A stretch of DNA of 63,605 nt, filler included, from Choristocarpus tenellus KU-1152 (Eukaryota; Protista; Phaeophyceae): NCBI GenBank assembly GCA_964200185.2. It is 9 parts of 9 records of this genome, joined end to end, with 100 filler letters (N's around TTAATTAATTAA, not from the genome) between each part and the next. Parts side by side here need not be neighbours in the genome. Positions count along the whole stretch, not along the records: positions 1 to 12,226 come from CAXNAD020001916.1; positions 12,327 to 17,533 come from CAXNAD020011504.1; 7 more parts are not named here. One strand, given 5' to 3'. Shown piece by piece: positions 1 to 13,715 of the stretch (its first letter is position 1; the number at the start of each line of letters is the position of its first letter). The notes below the pieces were generated by a model. It did no database searches, was not told the origin of the DNA, and saw only the letters and a program-made list of their open reading frames with translations. A program made the translations under genes and the position numbers.

Positions 1-61
1 GAAGCCAAGCCCCAGATGGACAAACAGGGCAAAACTCGTACCCTCTAAGATACTTTCACTC
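1..61 (-). mobile_element. MITE family A, partial copy cut by window start
   Basis: Reverse complement matches the left end of the 1476-1733 copy, including the TIR. Confidence 0.8.
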
Positions 62-799
62 TGCAATCAGGCTAACCACAACATACTTACTTTTTCCTTC
101 TTTGCTTGGAACTGCGAAAGACAATGTATCATTGCATGTGTACTTCCAAATAGTGTGACATATCAGCATTTGGGATGCTTATGAATTCATATTACAAAGG
201 CCCTACTCTCCATATAAGAAAAAGGTGCGCAAAATGTTAACTCTCTTCTAGTGACCGAAAAGGAGAGGTGGGCATTTTCGGGTCACCGTATATACACACA
301 TATATATATTCAGATTGCTTTAATCTCTTCGAACCTAACGAATGGAACTCGGTGGAGGTTTTGCGTTGCAAAGATGGAGTTGAAACGGTACCCTTCTGTC
401 ACCGTTGTTGACCATCCAAATTGACCCAACCAGTGCAGTGATTCAAGTGTCCACAATTGGGGCACTTGTTGCACGAGGATTTTCTGTCACGAAGTTGGAG
501 ATAATCAGTGACGATGAAGAGCAAATCAAGCTGGAGGGGTGACGATGTCGACCCTTCAAAACCTTGTGGTGGTGCAGTTGGTTGCAACGAAATTGCATTA
601 GAAGCAGAGGTATCCACTAATACCATCTGCAATCGCCTCTGCCTCCTCCTCAAGTGGGATATGGCACCCTGGGCGATGCTGCTTGCCTACAGAGGATAAA
701 CTACATAATCATGCATTTGGAAATGCCTTGCAAAACAAACCACTCTTAAGTGCCATACGTTTTCTTCATCCACACAGTAGAGGAGAATGATACACAGGC

Positions 800-3700
800 T
801 AGATAGAATGTATAGCCTACTAATGATGATTCTGGACCACATCATTCATTCCCTACTAATTTAAAGGTGGAAATGCCCACTTATTGATATTGAACACCTT
901 GACTGCGGTAGACTCCAGCTGAGGACACAAGGACCACACCATTCCAAATAGTGAGAACATTCACAAATTTCTCGTCCTATAGATGACTCCCAACATACGG
1001 ATATCTGTGTCCACTGAGAACAGATGCTCCAACAGGGTTGTCAGCCCTTCACAGAAGTTACCAGAAAGAAACTAGTTGATGGCATGCCTTCAAATACTTC
1101 CCTTCAAATTCTTCTCACGTGTTACTGCCATGGTAATATTGAGGTGGCGAGTAACTTTAGCAAAGGTTTTGTACACAGTAGCTCCCATCAGTTTTGCAGG
1201 TGATTCAAAATTTTATATGTATGACTAGTGGACCCATCTATCAGAGGGGGGTGACCTCAAGAGGTGATGAGGATGTACCAATATTTCAGCCTCCTTGCAC
1301 TTGTGATTAAATTTACATCACTCGTTAAGACAACACACTGGCTTCTAGCAAGGAGGATACTGGCAAAGAGGGATACACCAAAGTGGTCTACAAGACAGCA
1401 AACTGTGATCACTCCAGAAGAATGACGAGAGCTACAGCAGGTTTTCTTGGTCAAAGAACAACAAGACAACTATCAGAGTGAAAGTATTTTAGAGGGTAGG
1501 AGTTTTGCCCTACTTGTCCGTTTGGGGCTTGGCTTCCCATGGGTTTTTTTAATGATATTTTCCCACTCTGAAATGTGCCGGAGTAGGTAAAATGTGTAGG
1601 TTATGAAAGGAGATTCCAGAACAAGGATATTCACAATTCCTAACAAACACGATAGCCAAAACTATATCAAAATCGCAGCATTGGATTTTGGCCCCAAACG
1701 GACACGGCTCTACCCTCTAAGATACTTTGACTCTCAACTTTGACATACATTTGTGCAATACCAAGACATGTGACAGGTAGACTGCAGATGGTCGTCATTA
1801 TGCTTAGGGTTTTGATATTGGGAAAAAGCATGTCAAAGCACACCATCCTCTTGTCACTCTTTAACCCTAACACTCATGATTCCACAAAAACTCACAATTT
1901 GCTCTCTCATACACGCAACTACGACTCAAATGTTCTAGAACAATTCATTATTTATTTTAAAAAGCAAAAGCTTCTTCTAGCTCGCCTAAGGTGGTCGAGA
2001 CTAGCTGGAACCTTTTTCAAATAGATGTGCATGACATCCATTCAAATTCTAGCACCAGAAAATTTAGCATAGCTGCAAATTCCAACTCACGTTTGAGGCC
2101 TCCAACCTCAGGGATGTATGCAGTCACAGATCAAAGGGTCATAATACCAGGAGGTATACACAGTACTATTGCCTAGTTGTTTCTGGAGGTGGAGTCTCTC
2201 CTTGAGATCTGGTTATCTTCAGTGACTCTCTTCATTCCAGCTACATCTTCCTCCCTGTACGCCATGTTCACCAACGGTAAAGATCAAGATATCCTACCCA
2301 CGTGCTTCAAGGCTATCCCTAGGCACTCAACCAATCCCTCTTGCATGTCATACCCTGAAACAACCCCCTCCTGATATCCCAAAGACTACCATTGGCATCC
2401 TTGATAGCTTGCTGCATTGTCTTCCCCTCATTCAGCATCCAGGAATTCTGGTGGGCAGCAACACTGTTTAATCGTTGAGAAGTACTATTTTCCTCATTGT
2501 CCTTCCTCTTCTCACCCATTTGCAGGGTCTAATGTGAAGAATACTAACGGTAGTGGCAATGACTAAAATTTTCCAAGGCAGACCTCACCCCCGGGATCAA
2601 GAGGACAAATAATAGCAAGTGTGTAGGGGATCGATTCTGGAGCATTGGAAGTGGGTTAACAAATACCCTTGCCACACTTGCCTACATTCATTTAAACAGC
2701 ATGCCCTCCTCAACGGTACTGGGATTCGAAACACCATTCTGGTCGACAACGTAGGTCAACTCTTCATTTTTCTTCCTCTCATCTGCTGCCCTTGAGCTGA
2801 TGCAGTAGTGATGCAAGAGTGAAAGCTCAAACCCTTTCCCAAAAATGCCATATCCTCCCTCTCTTGAGTCTATTTCTTGTTGTCACCCAGAAATGCCTCA
2901 TTTTCAAATATGAGAGGGGTATTTCCGGGTGATTTTTGAGTCACTTTTGACTCCGACTTATCAAGCGGGATTCAGTTGCCTATCCCAAACTTGGTCCAAA
3001 CAATCATTTCAGCAACACTCTGGTGTTCAGAACAGGAGCTCTTGTTGGATGAAAGGTTTCTAGTTGCAAGAGTGGTGGCCATCAGTGAAGATGAGCAAAA
3101 AATGCTGGCATGAGTGGTGATGCCATCTCCTTAAACCATTTGAGGAGGTTCAGTTGGTCACAATAGAGTTGCCTTGAGAAGCTAGAATAATGCCCTTGTA
3201 CCATCTTCCATCTCGTGTACACCTACCCAAGTGGGAGATGGCACCTGTACAAGGTTGCTTGCCAACAACGATAAGCTACAGAATCCTGAAGTTAGAATAT
3301 TTTGTATGCCTCCTATTTGATACACACCTAATAGAGGAGATGAGCACACAGAACTAGTTGGGACGTCAAGCCTATGTATCATCCTGGTGGGCGATCTTCA
3401 ATTCCCATCGAGCAGAAGGATGGAATGCCATATGACTGATGGTGAATGCCTTGCTGGTGGAAGACTTGGACTGGAGACGCCAGGACTACACCAGATTAAA
3501 CATCAAGTGCATATCCATAGAGTACTCTCGTCCTGCACATGACCCATAATATAAGGGTGTCTGTACCCAACAGATGAACATTTTGCACCAGAGTTACCAG
3601 GTCCACATTCATACAACCTTATACCTACACGAAATGATCAACAAAAAACTAGGCGAAAAATCTTCACAGCATTAACTGCTTCTACAATTCTGAATTCACG

Positions 3701-6250
3701 TGAGGCTTCAGTGAGAGTACTGTTCACAATAATCATGATAAGTTTTGCAAATGCTTTGCACTAAGATATGTATAGCCAGTGGATCCACCTACCGGAGAAG
3801 TAACTTTACACAAAGTTGAGGGTTAACAGTCATGTTGACTTCAATGGCAATTGTGGTTCAAGAGACACAACCAACACATATTTGAACAAGGCACCAGCTT
3901 CTCACAAAATGCATTGAAGAGACAAGGATGGGGTACACCGATATTATCTACAAGCTGGCAAACTGCAGATTACTCCAGAAGAGTTCTGGGATCCGCGGTA
4001 GATTTTCCTGGAACATAGAACAGGAAGAAAATAGCCTAAGATTCTTGAATTGATATCAAAACTTGTGAAAGGTATACTGCACAGAGCTGGCAAAATACTT
4101 TTCACATGTCTAAATATTGCACTCAGAAGTATGTCAACTCAGACCATTGCCTTGTCATTACTTTATCCAGGAGAACCTCCTGCCACTACTAATCCTCCTC
4201 AGGACTAGTCCACAGTTATCCAGTAGGCAGTTCTAGCCCATCCCTCATTGCTGATGGAACGATCTCATGAAAAGATACTGCTTTGTGCAAATGAATGTTG
4301 TGGTGTCTATAGCTCCCTGTAGCATATTGGCATGTGTCTATCATGTAGAGCACGTGATTCTCAACAGAAGGTAGATTTCTAGTTCCTCAGCCCAGGAATA
4401 ACTCCTGCAACAGAGAGCACTCTTCCAAAGCACACCATGACTGGGTTATACCCAGTCAGAAGGCGTAGCCCTCCTTGTCAGTGCAATATAGTCCAGAGTA
4501 GTAGATACCTTGTGCCTTTGAATGTGATCAGCACCTGATAACCCATATCACTATGAACACCAACATACGTGACAAAACCAAGAACACCTTGAAGTTATCC
4601 CTCTCAGGCAAGTACTTGTAGATCAAATTGCCATGCACATCCAATGCCAAGCATTTGCGCAACTTCTAAAAGAAGGGGAAGAGGGTTTCACTCAAGGAGT
4701 ACCTTCAGGAGGAAGCGAGGGAGGATCATACCCATGACTTTGAACTCTTTGTCCTTGACTAGCACATTTGAGAGATGGAGTTTTTCCTTGAGCTTGGTCG
4801 TCGCTTACTTTTATCTTTAACACAGCTACCTCTTCCTTCAAAATTATCTTATCCAAGGCTTAAGAGATCTCACTCATGTTCCTCAAGGATATCACTTGGC
4901 ACTCAACCATAATCTCACTGTCCACCCTACCCTACCACCCCTGTTCTGATATCCTAAAGATTACAATTGACGTCCTTGATTGCTTGCCACCTCATTTTTC
5001 CCCCACTCGGGATCAAGGAGTTGTAGATCTTACCAAAAGAGCCAAAAAAAAGGACAAAAACCAGCAAATGTAGAGAGGCGTAATTCTGTGGTGCATTGGA
5101 AGTGGATTGACAAACACCCTTGACATGGCCGCCTTCATTCTTTTGATAGGTGCACCCTCCTCTATGCTGCTGGAATTGGACATGTCCTAAAAATTGGCAA
5201 GATGGTCTATTTTTCATTTTCACTTCTACTCACACCAAAACTATCCTCCCTTTCACCTCTCTACCACAAAGGAGCTGAGGCAAAAGGAGTATGCCCCTGG
5301 CCACTGGGGTGTGTTAACCAGATTTTGCAAGGGCTGCCAATCCATTGTCCATGTGCACAGTACAAGTCTTATCATTTCTCTTAAGTCTGAACTGTAGTTT
5401 CCCATTGTGCTGCTGTTTAAGAACAATCCTTAAAACTCAGATGCCTCTTCCATTGGCACAAAAAGTTATCAGTGTCACCCTTGGTCAAGTATCCACTGCT
5501 GCTCTAGCTCATCCTCATCACTGCCATTTTCTCACCATCATCATACTCCAAATTCACTCCTGTATCAGTGTGGCATCATTCCTTGAACTGCTTGCAGTAT
5601 CCAGGTATTTTCTATTTCCTCATCCACGCCTGACCCTCTCAAGTCCATGTCTCCTTCCAGTGTCCTTACTGTCAACCCAACCCCGTACAGCTTTCACCTA
5701 CACCACCGTTTCCTTGTTATTTTTGAACAGTTTGTGTTACACAGTTAATTAACGCAACATCTTCACAGACCTCACAGCACTTCTGCAGCTGGCAAAAGGG
5801 AAGTTCCTCCCCTTCTCAACATTTTCTGTATGGTTCTCTCCACTCTTCCCGTGGATTGCTCTGCCAAGCCCTCCTTATTCCCTTTCCCTTTGAATTTCTT
5901 GTGCTCACCTCTTATGGGGTTCAGCCAGATCTGCAACCCTTTCCCAGTTGCACTTTGGGTGTTCTCACCAACCTCTGCAGAGATACACCACTTGCCTCTC
6001 TCAAGAGGGGACTCATGACCTCCTGTTCTTCAACAAGGTACCTCCAACGCACAGTGTTTACTCATACCACGAAAACTTTCAGTATAAACTCGTGGCACAG
6101 CCTCTCTTCCTAGGTCAACAACTCCCCAAAACCTTTTGCCAGGTGAAGCAATTAAAAATTACTGGTGCAAGACAAGTTCTTGTGCAAATTAGTTCAAGCA
6201 CTGACTTCTTAACCCCAATAGATTATTCAAATCCCGAGGCACAGGCATGA
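800..6250 (-). mobile_element. Two tandem, highly decayed Ty1/copia-like remnants
   Basis: Blocks ~1100-1470 vs ~3680-4020 and ~2170-2700 vs ~4770-5200 are diverged direct duplicates. Minus-strand traces resemble copia protease (ENTWIL.. near 5600), integrase, RT and RNase H regions. Many stops; boundaries approximate. Confidence 0.4.
1476..1733 (+). mobile_element. MITE family A (258 bp, 24-bp TIR)
   Basis: GAGTGAAAGTATTTTAGAGGGTAG ... CTACCCTCTAAGATACTTTGACTC (2 mismatches); TCA on both flanks; five further copies in the window. Confidence 0.9.
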
Positions 6251-6525
6251 ACGGAGTGTGCATTCAACCAGAGGAGCACATCATTGTTGAGGTAGCAAAT
6301 ACATCTAGGTCGGTTTGAAGCCCCAGTGATATGTATCTCTCATCATCTTCCTCAGAATAATGTGTCAACTTTGCTGCAGATTCCTACCACAGGTCGCGCA
6401 TCACTACACTGTAAAATCTACTACTGAATGGACTGCTATTTTATAATCCAATCGCCGTAACCAACCAGTGTACTAATCAATGGGGGAACGTGATAAGTGA
6501 ATGCTTGATTCTAGGCAACACTTGC

Positions 6526-9500
6526 CTTCATTGAAGTTCTTCCTTTGAGTGTGAAACCGCTCGGTGAAAAAGGGCACCATGCCTCCATGGTGATGAGATA
6601 CCATCTTTATGTCTTTCGTACGTATGAAAAAAAAGGAAAAAATCGATCCATGTTCCAGCCGCATCCCATTCACCCATTTTTTGTCAGCATACAAGGAAAA
6701 CATCAAGCGGCAGCAGCAGAGTAGCAGAAAAGGGAGTGGGGTGGGGGGGTAGTATTTTCTACATACAATTCAAATATCAGTTATCATCGAAAGATCATCT
6801 TAGATATAATGGCAAATTGTGGAGAAAAGCATACTAGGGCAATGAAAACATTGTCTTTTATTTAGGAAAGGTCCACCCATCAGACCACTCAAGGTGAACT
6901 CATCCACAGTATGCTGCACATACCAGGACTCAGTGGAATAGGAACAAATCATTTCCTAGCATACTGCAAATGCAAGTCATTAAAACACTCAAGCAAGGCT
7001 TATAAGTTGTGCGGGTGCACGTGAATAATCCACAACAGCGCATGCGATTCAAACTTCTATGACCTTGAAGGCACTACAAAAGGGGGCACTACTGTACTGT
7101 ATTGAGTTCCAGGAGTGAAAGTGGGATGCAGTAACAGGAGGGAGAGAGAGAGAGAGAGAGACAACTCCATGCACAACCCCCTCAACCAACAAAAGAACAA
7201 AAGACGACAACAAAATCAAAAAATATATATTGCGCAGTTCTCGATTGGTGTACAACTCCTATCTCCACAAAAAGTGAGTCAAACAAACCCAGGACAGCAA
7301 AGCCCTTGCATATCACAACTTAGGGTTAGAGATAAACGCTCAATCATTGCGCAAGACAAAGCGCTTTCTGGACAATAGACACAACAGAGCAAGTGGACGT
7401 AAGTAAGTTCTTGCTGGATATCGGAAGGTGCACAGCAAGTGGTCTCAACCACTAGCTGAACAATAGACGACACAAATTGTATGTATGGCGCCAAACATCA
7501 TCCAAAGCAACAAACATTGTAGAGCAATGATACCAAGCACCTAACTAAACAGCAGACATCACAGAGGAACTGACCCCAAGCGTTTTCTGGACGAAGTTGC
7601 AGAGCAAAGTAACTGATTGTTTGCTGGACAACAGATGTCACGAGCAAGTTTTGCAGTCATATACTTCTACATTGTGCATTGGTTTTCCTCTCTCTCGCTA
7701 CACTTCTCCCGATATCGCCTCCTCTGCTTTACAAACTCTGAAGACAGGTTTAAGATGACGATATTAATGTGTGGAAAAAATAAAGAGCAAATGGCTACGG
7801 TTGTTACTCTGGATAATGGATGTTAGGCAGAGAGCCTAGCGCCACGACAAACACTGCAGAACAAGTGGACTCAGAGGTTACAAAGAGAGCAAACGTTGTA
7901 GAGTGCTTGGTCCCTGAAAGATGTCTTGGTACAAAGCTCCAACAAGTTCAGTTGATGCGCTTCAATACCTTGCTCATCCAGGGTGTCCTGATTTCAAAGT
8001 GAATGTGTTCTTCCCGTTTATTTAATCCAAACAGGGAAATACCATTCCTTAAAAAAGATCTGTAGTGCTACAAAGAGCTCCAAGCACTGCAGTCTCTACA
8101 AACTGGTAATATACTAGGAAGGCATTGAAACGACCTCTTCAAATGATCAACCTTTGCTGTTACAAATTGGACATAAACCCAACTAGCTAATTGGATTCTG
8201 ACAACCACAAAATATTGTACAGTTACCCAGAATGAGCTGAATGACCTAGTGCTTGTTCATATTTTCATGACCCAGGATTGTCTTTTCCAACTACTCAACT
8301 AGCATAACGCCTGTTTACATAAAAAGAAAAAATATACTAAGAGGTAAGCACCATTTTCACAGACAGATTGGTATCATCGATTTGTAGTTGATTATTTTCT
8401 CACAAATACTGAGTGTTTGGTGTATCTCTAGAACTAGATTGGTCACTGAAATTCTGAAAAATGTGTACATACAATTCACAAGTGGTGTACACCGTGATTC
8501 ATAGTCTCCTACAACAAATCATTTGACGACAGCAGCACCATCATGGAACCTTGTAAAGCTGATCAATCTGCAATCCATTCAAACAACCAAACCAAGTTGG
8601 ATCTCTTGTTTGCCCATGCTCTTCCGAACCCTGCACTACAGGACTTGTTCCAACAGCATATTCATTATCCAGTTGTACAATTGTGTACCTACTATCAAAT
8701 TACTACTCCGAACTACTTGACATGAAAGAAAAACTAAAATTGAGTGGTTCGAGCGCATGGGAACATTCCGGAATGAGGCAATTCTGTACACCAAAAACAT
8801 GGTACCAGAAATGAAAACAAAAGAATAGATACATCAATACAATAGCTGAGAGTTAGGGCTTACATCACATGTAATATCCACAGAGAGGCAGTAGCAATAC
8901 CCTGCTCTTAAAAGCACTACACACTCAAGATGTAAGCACAAGCAATGTCATCCAACAGCAACAGCCAAGAATGTGACACCAAAAAGGATTGCATTAGACA
9001 AATCTAGTCATGTTGACATCAAACGCACACATGCACACATGCACTAACCTGGGTATCTACGAAAAACGCCTGCCAAGGCAATGTGGACCATGGCCACAGA
9101 AGTGTCATATATCCAGCCGAGGGTGTTCCAGATCTGGTGCCGGCTACCCTCACCCTGCCCACACCAGGATTGGTTCCAAGTATGTGTATGATAAGATGGT
9201 ATGGTATGGTGTGGTGTGGTGTGGTGTGGTGTGATGTAATATGTTTGCATTATCATCAATGGCATATTGTGTAGATATTTCAACTGCAAAAAGAACACTC
9301 CTCAAAAATAACACTGTAGGGGGAGGAACCAATATATTGATTCAACGTAATCATTGCGATGGTACCTGAAACAACGCAAACGAAGACACATAACCTTATT
9401 TCATTTTCCCTGCTCCTAAAAGCAAAACACTACAATGCAAATCATTCAACAGGCAACAATCCCCCCCCAACGAAATCGACCCTCCCAACCTTGTAGGCAT

Positions 9501-10854
9501 CATAGTCAGAATAAGCCTGCGGGCGATTTGGGTGCAACCAGATCGGTGCCCCAAGTCCCTCGCATATTCGATATAAACCCTCAAAGCTGGGGTGGTCTGG
9601 TGGCTTGCTTGTTGGCCCAAAGTATAGCACTACCCCTACTAGGCCAAGTTCCACCAATGACCTTGTCGCCTCCTCCACCATGGTCTGTGGTTCGTGTTTC
9701 CCAGCCATCAGATGAGATAGAGGCCAAAGAAGGAGAGGAGAGAGTGCACGTGTGTGTGTATGTGTCTGAAGGGTGTGGAATGGGCTGCATGCTATTCTTG
9801 GCAACAACTCTCTCAAACTCGATAGTATCACTTGGTTTTCTAGTTTGGGTGTGTGTGGCACTAAACCACCTGGGGATCTGCTGCCACACAACATACAGGT
9901 CTGACTTCTCGCAATGATTGGAATGGAAATGTGCGAAAAAGCTCTATGCTGTGAAAAAGAAAACTTGTGAGAAATAATGCTGCGCTGACGTTTGAGAAAT
10001 CACCTTTTCTGTAGTGGTGGGAACAAGGGCGACACCATGGAAGCGATGCGGATAGAGGGCAACTATCTTCGCCATTTCATCGTTTGCCACTTTGCACGCC
10101 TGCTCAGACAAGAACGGATAGGTGACAGAATCAGGGGGCAGAATGCCTCAGTAACAAAACCTTGGGCCAACGACGACCTGGAAAAGTCACCATTGATCGT
10201 TGATGGCCATAGTAACCTTAGACCATATTTTTGTTGGGAGTACTGAACGTCAGTCGGTTAAAGAGAGCGAGAAAGGAGACAATGGAATTCGTAGATGATG
10301 CCAGTGCACAGGACATCTGCTGCACCTGCTGCACCGACCTCCCACCTCGATTGCCTTGCCCTCATCCGAGTGCAATGCAGGCTCACATTCCAGCCATGGT
10401 AAAGGGACGAGGCAGTGCACATCGATGCCGTGCTGGTCCATATACCTGCAGCACGAGTCTAACAAAGGTTATTCCAAAATCCTGCGACTGCTTAACGCTC
10501 ATCGGCAATAACATGACGTCGAAGTCGAAGTAGGAATATTATGCATTGTCTCCAAACACACATGACCAAACAAAGACACACCATCTTAGCATTCCCAGTT
10601 GTCGAGGTCCTGAGAGCATGGGTATCACAGCTACAAAGAATGAAATTAGTGGAATGAATAAGCCCAATAGCGTCTTTAACAGCTTGATTCGCACAGGCGC
10701 GGTTGCGTGACCCTCACCTAATCCTGGCCTCGACATCGGACAACTCCGGTATGGCAGCGAATAGGCGGCGAAAGACCATAGGGTGCCCACTCTCCACCTC
10801 TAGATGTTCAATGAAGGCAGGGCAGGCAAAGTGGGTGTAGGCATCCACTTTCAT
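6526..10854 (-). CDS. Amidohydrolase family 2 protein (ACMSD/decarboxylase-like), spliced, 3'-partial
   Basis: Six exons splice in phase: 10854-10718, 10445-10346, 10099-10004, 9684-9490, 9154-9049, 6612-6526. Product: MKVDAYTHFACPAF...DVEARIRYMDQHGID...ACKVANDEMAKIVALYPHRFHGVALVP...APIWLHPNRP...IWNTLGWIYDTSVAMVHIALAGVFRRYPDIKMVSHHHGGMVPFFTERF. The DxxxH, NDxxA...YPxRF, WLHP and HHxGG motifs are typical of Amidohydro_2. C-terminal exons not found in the window. Confidence 0.9.
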
Positions 10855-11084
10855 GGTTGTCGAAGAGCACCAGCCACTAGCTTGAAGTCAGACCTGTACA
10901 ACTACTCTTGTACTACAACTTATGACTAGATTTTTTCTCGCGCGTTGGGTTTAGTTATCCACCACTTTCAAATTATTTTATCCTCCAATATCTTACACAA
11001 AAAGCTAAACCAAATGACAAACCCTTCCAAGAGTGACTAATACTAACTTACAGTAGTAGGAATTATTGTACATGGAAAAGATAC

Positions 11085-11940
11085 TTCTACGAAACAGTTG
11101 GAAACTGGAAGAGATGGTCTTCCGACTGAAGGGGAGCAGGAAGACCAACAGGAGGAACGGAAAGGAGAGAGACAAGGCAGGAGGATGAGGAACCCTCAGA
11201 AGATCACTTAGGGAAGGAGTGAACAAGGAAAGTGAAAGAGGTGGGGTTGTCAACTCCACTCAAACGACCCGATTTTGAAGTGATTAGGAACCAAACACTC
11301 GTGTCATTCGAGGAAACAGACCTTTGAGGTATACCTTCTAAACGAAAGACGCTTTAAAGGTATACATTGACTGAAAGGTGGATATCATATCCCCCTTATG
11401 TGGCCTGATGTGAGTATGAGGACAACAGAGGTGTCGATGGGAAATGGAGGAAGTGTATGTGCAGAGAGAAGATGGCATGACCATTGAAAGAAAATAAACA
11501 GCCTCTCAACAAGGGAATGCCGTTAACTGGAATAGTGATATCACGTAATTGTGGAGAAAACCTGATAAACCCCATGGCGGTCTAGGCACTTCCACCTGAA
11601 GAACAAAGTTTGATAGTACATTCCCGTATGGAACATACGGGAATTCTGTAGGGCAGTGTAGGCACGGGAAAAAAATGTGAGAACAACAAGGAATACCACT
11701 TGCCGTGTCTAAAGTTAATGTGGCAGGGGAAACATTGATTTTTCCTTCAACACAAGACGATTTGAGGCACAAAAGAAGAGAGTGTAGTGCGACAAGGCAC
11801 TGGCGAACCATGTTGAAGTAGTATTATTATGAGGAATACGGTCTGCACCTAATGAGATAATCGGACGCGTAAATCGTGTGATTCTGTGGCGGAGTGTTTC
11901 ACTCAGGTAAGGGTGGCGAAGAGAATCACCAGGCAAGATG
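11085..11940 (-). mobile_element. Decayed Ty3/gypsy gag-protease-like fragment
   Basis: LTLDTASGI resembles an aspartic protease motif; 11090-11520 is homologous to 34070-34470, which lies between gypsy pol remnants. Confidence 0.4.
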
Positions 11941-12226
11941 GATCAGACGAACCAAGACGATGCATGACTCACCTGAAGTCTTCATCTCTTACCTAGCGGT
12001 AGTAAACTTGAATCTTCATTTTTGTTTTATAATGGGGTTAGTCATTTCATGATGATCAATAAATCAATTTCATGAAAACTTGACATGATGTAATGAACAG
12101 TCACCTTTAGCACACGAGCTAATGTATGTGCCCGGTGATACAGTCTCTTCACCACCGCATGTGTCCACTCATGCAAACGAGGAGAGTTGAGAGATAAAAT
12201 TAATTGTATATTAATTTATCTAATCC

Positions 12227-12326
12227 NNNNNNNNNNNNNNNNNNNNNNNNNNNNNNNNNNNNNNNNNNNNTTAATTAATTAANNNNNNNNNNNNNNNNNN
12301 NNNNNNNNNNNNNNNNNNNNNNNNNN
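12227..12326. other. Artificial contig linker (N44-TTAATTAATTAA-N44)
   Basis: Identical 100-bp linkers at 12227, 17534, 23317, 27213, 38733, 45056, 57588 and 60789. Confidence 0.99.
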
Positions 12327-12356
12327 AAGCGATTCATGGCTGATCACAGCACATCT

Positions 12357-12509
12357 GGCTCAAAGTATCTGGGGGGGGAGGGGGGCTTACACCATGGTGT
12401 CCATTCAGACCCTGACCAGGAGAAGTGCACTTTCATTATCCATCTGATGCATTCAATGAAAATGGGCCCCGAATGGACAGCCGCCACCCTCCCCTAGATA
12501 CTTTGAGTC
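12357..12509 (+). mobile_element. MITE family B
   Basis: GGCTCAAAGTATCTGGGGG ... CCCCTAGATACTTTGAGTC inverted termini; homologous to 13274, 19679, 31225 and 58410. Confidence 0.85.
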
Positions 12510-13273
12510 TGTGTGACAAAAATGAAACGCAACGAAGTATCAGGCCTGAGCACATGCCAGAGAGTCAAAGCAAACGAGAGGTACCCAGAGTTGCATTGTA
12601 AAGATGTTTGCAAATATGTGCAAAATTCGTCTATATTTTTAATATATTTGTGTAGGATATATTCCGAATTTAGTCTAAAGGTTTTAAACAATGGAGAAAT
12701 CAACCCTCTCAACTGAAACTGAACACATTATCCAAAGAAAAATGAGTGATTTGCAAAATACTGAAAAAAAAACTGACTTACAATGAAGAACAACCAAAAA
12801 CTGGGTACCTCTCGTTTACTTTGGCTCAGTGTTAGATCCGGAACTTGACACTAAACAAATGTGGGGGTGCTTGAACAAACTGCATGGCTAACCTTTAGCG
12901 TGGTCTCTTTGGTGAAGGGAATAGTCAGTGAGCGATTGATGTGCAGTTTGATGACATATTCAGATCCTATAAATTTAGAAGTATGTGTCTATACATACAA
13001 AGCATAATAAGCACAGCAGTTCCAACCCCAATAACAACCAGCTCAACACAAGGTGTTTGCGTTGTGGTAGTGATTTCTGATGGAGCTTCACCTATTGTGC
13101 GTGCTTGCTGCAGAACCCGACGCCGCAACCCCTCTTGTGTTTGCAATGCAGTGTTTACTCGGGTTCAACCACCCAGCAAGGATGTCGGATTCAACCCATA
13201 GTACAAAATTGAGTACCAGGTAGTTTAGTGGTGACAGTTCTATTTTTTTGCTGTGCCTTCAACTCCTTCTTAT

Positions 13274-13453
13274 GGCTCAAAGCATCTGGGAGGGGGTGAT
13301 TGCTGTCTATTTGGGGTCAATTTTTTCATGTCGCGATTTTTCGGTGATTTGGTTGCATACATCAGATGGATACTGTAAATGCACTTTTCCTGATTTTGGT
13401 CCAAATGGACACCTTGGTGTAGAGCCCCCCCCCCCTCTCAGATACTTTGGGTC
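13274..13453 (-). mobile_element. MITE family B
   Basis: Reverse-orientation homolog of 31225-31397 with both TIRs. Confidence 0.85.
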
Positions 13454-13715
13454 CCTTATTTACCACTCCGCCACACCATTCTACACCAATCAACCCCACG
13501 CCACTCAACATCACACCACAATAATCCAAGAACACCCCTTCATCGTCCACTTCATACCACGCCTTTGAGCTAGAGACATCTACCCCACCCGAACTTGACC
13601 TTCCCTCCTCTTCAGGGTTGATTTCTCTTCTAGTTTATAACTGTACCTCCTGCCCTGGTTGAAACCAATCCTTCCTACTCTCTACCAGACCCTCCGAAAC
13701 CCACATCGGGTCCCT

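Noticed and set aside
310-699. Coding-like stretch with short ORFs on both strands
   Set aside because: No frame matches the missing amidohydrolase C-terminus or any family I recognise.
13080-13200. Minus-strand CKHKRGC..FCSKHA resembling an EsV-1-7 cysteine repeat
   Set aside because: Single degenerate unit with stops and wrong spacing.
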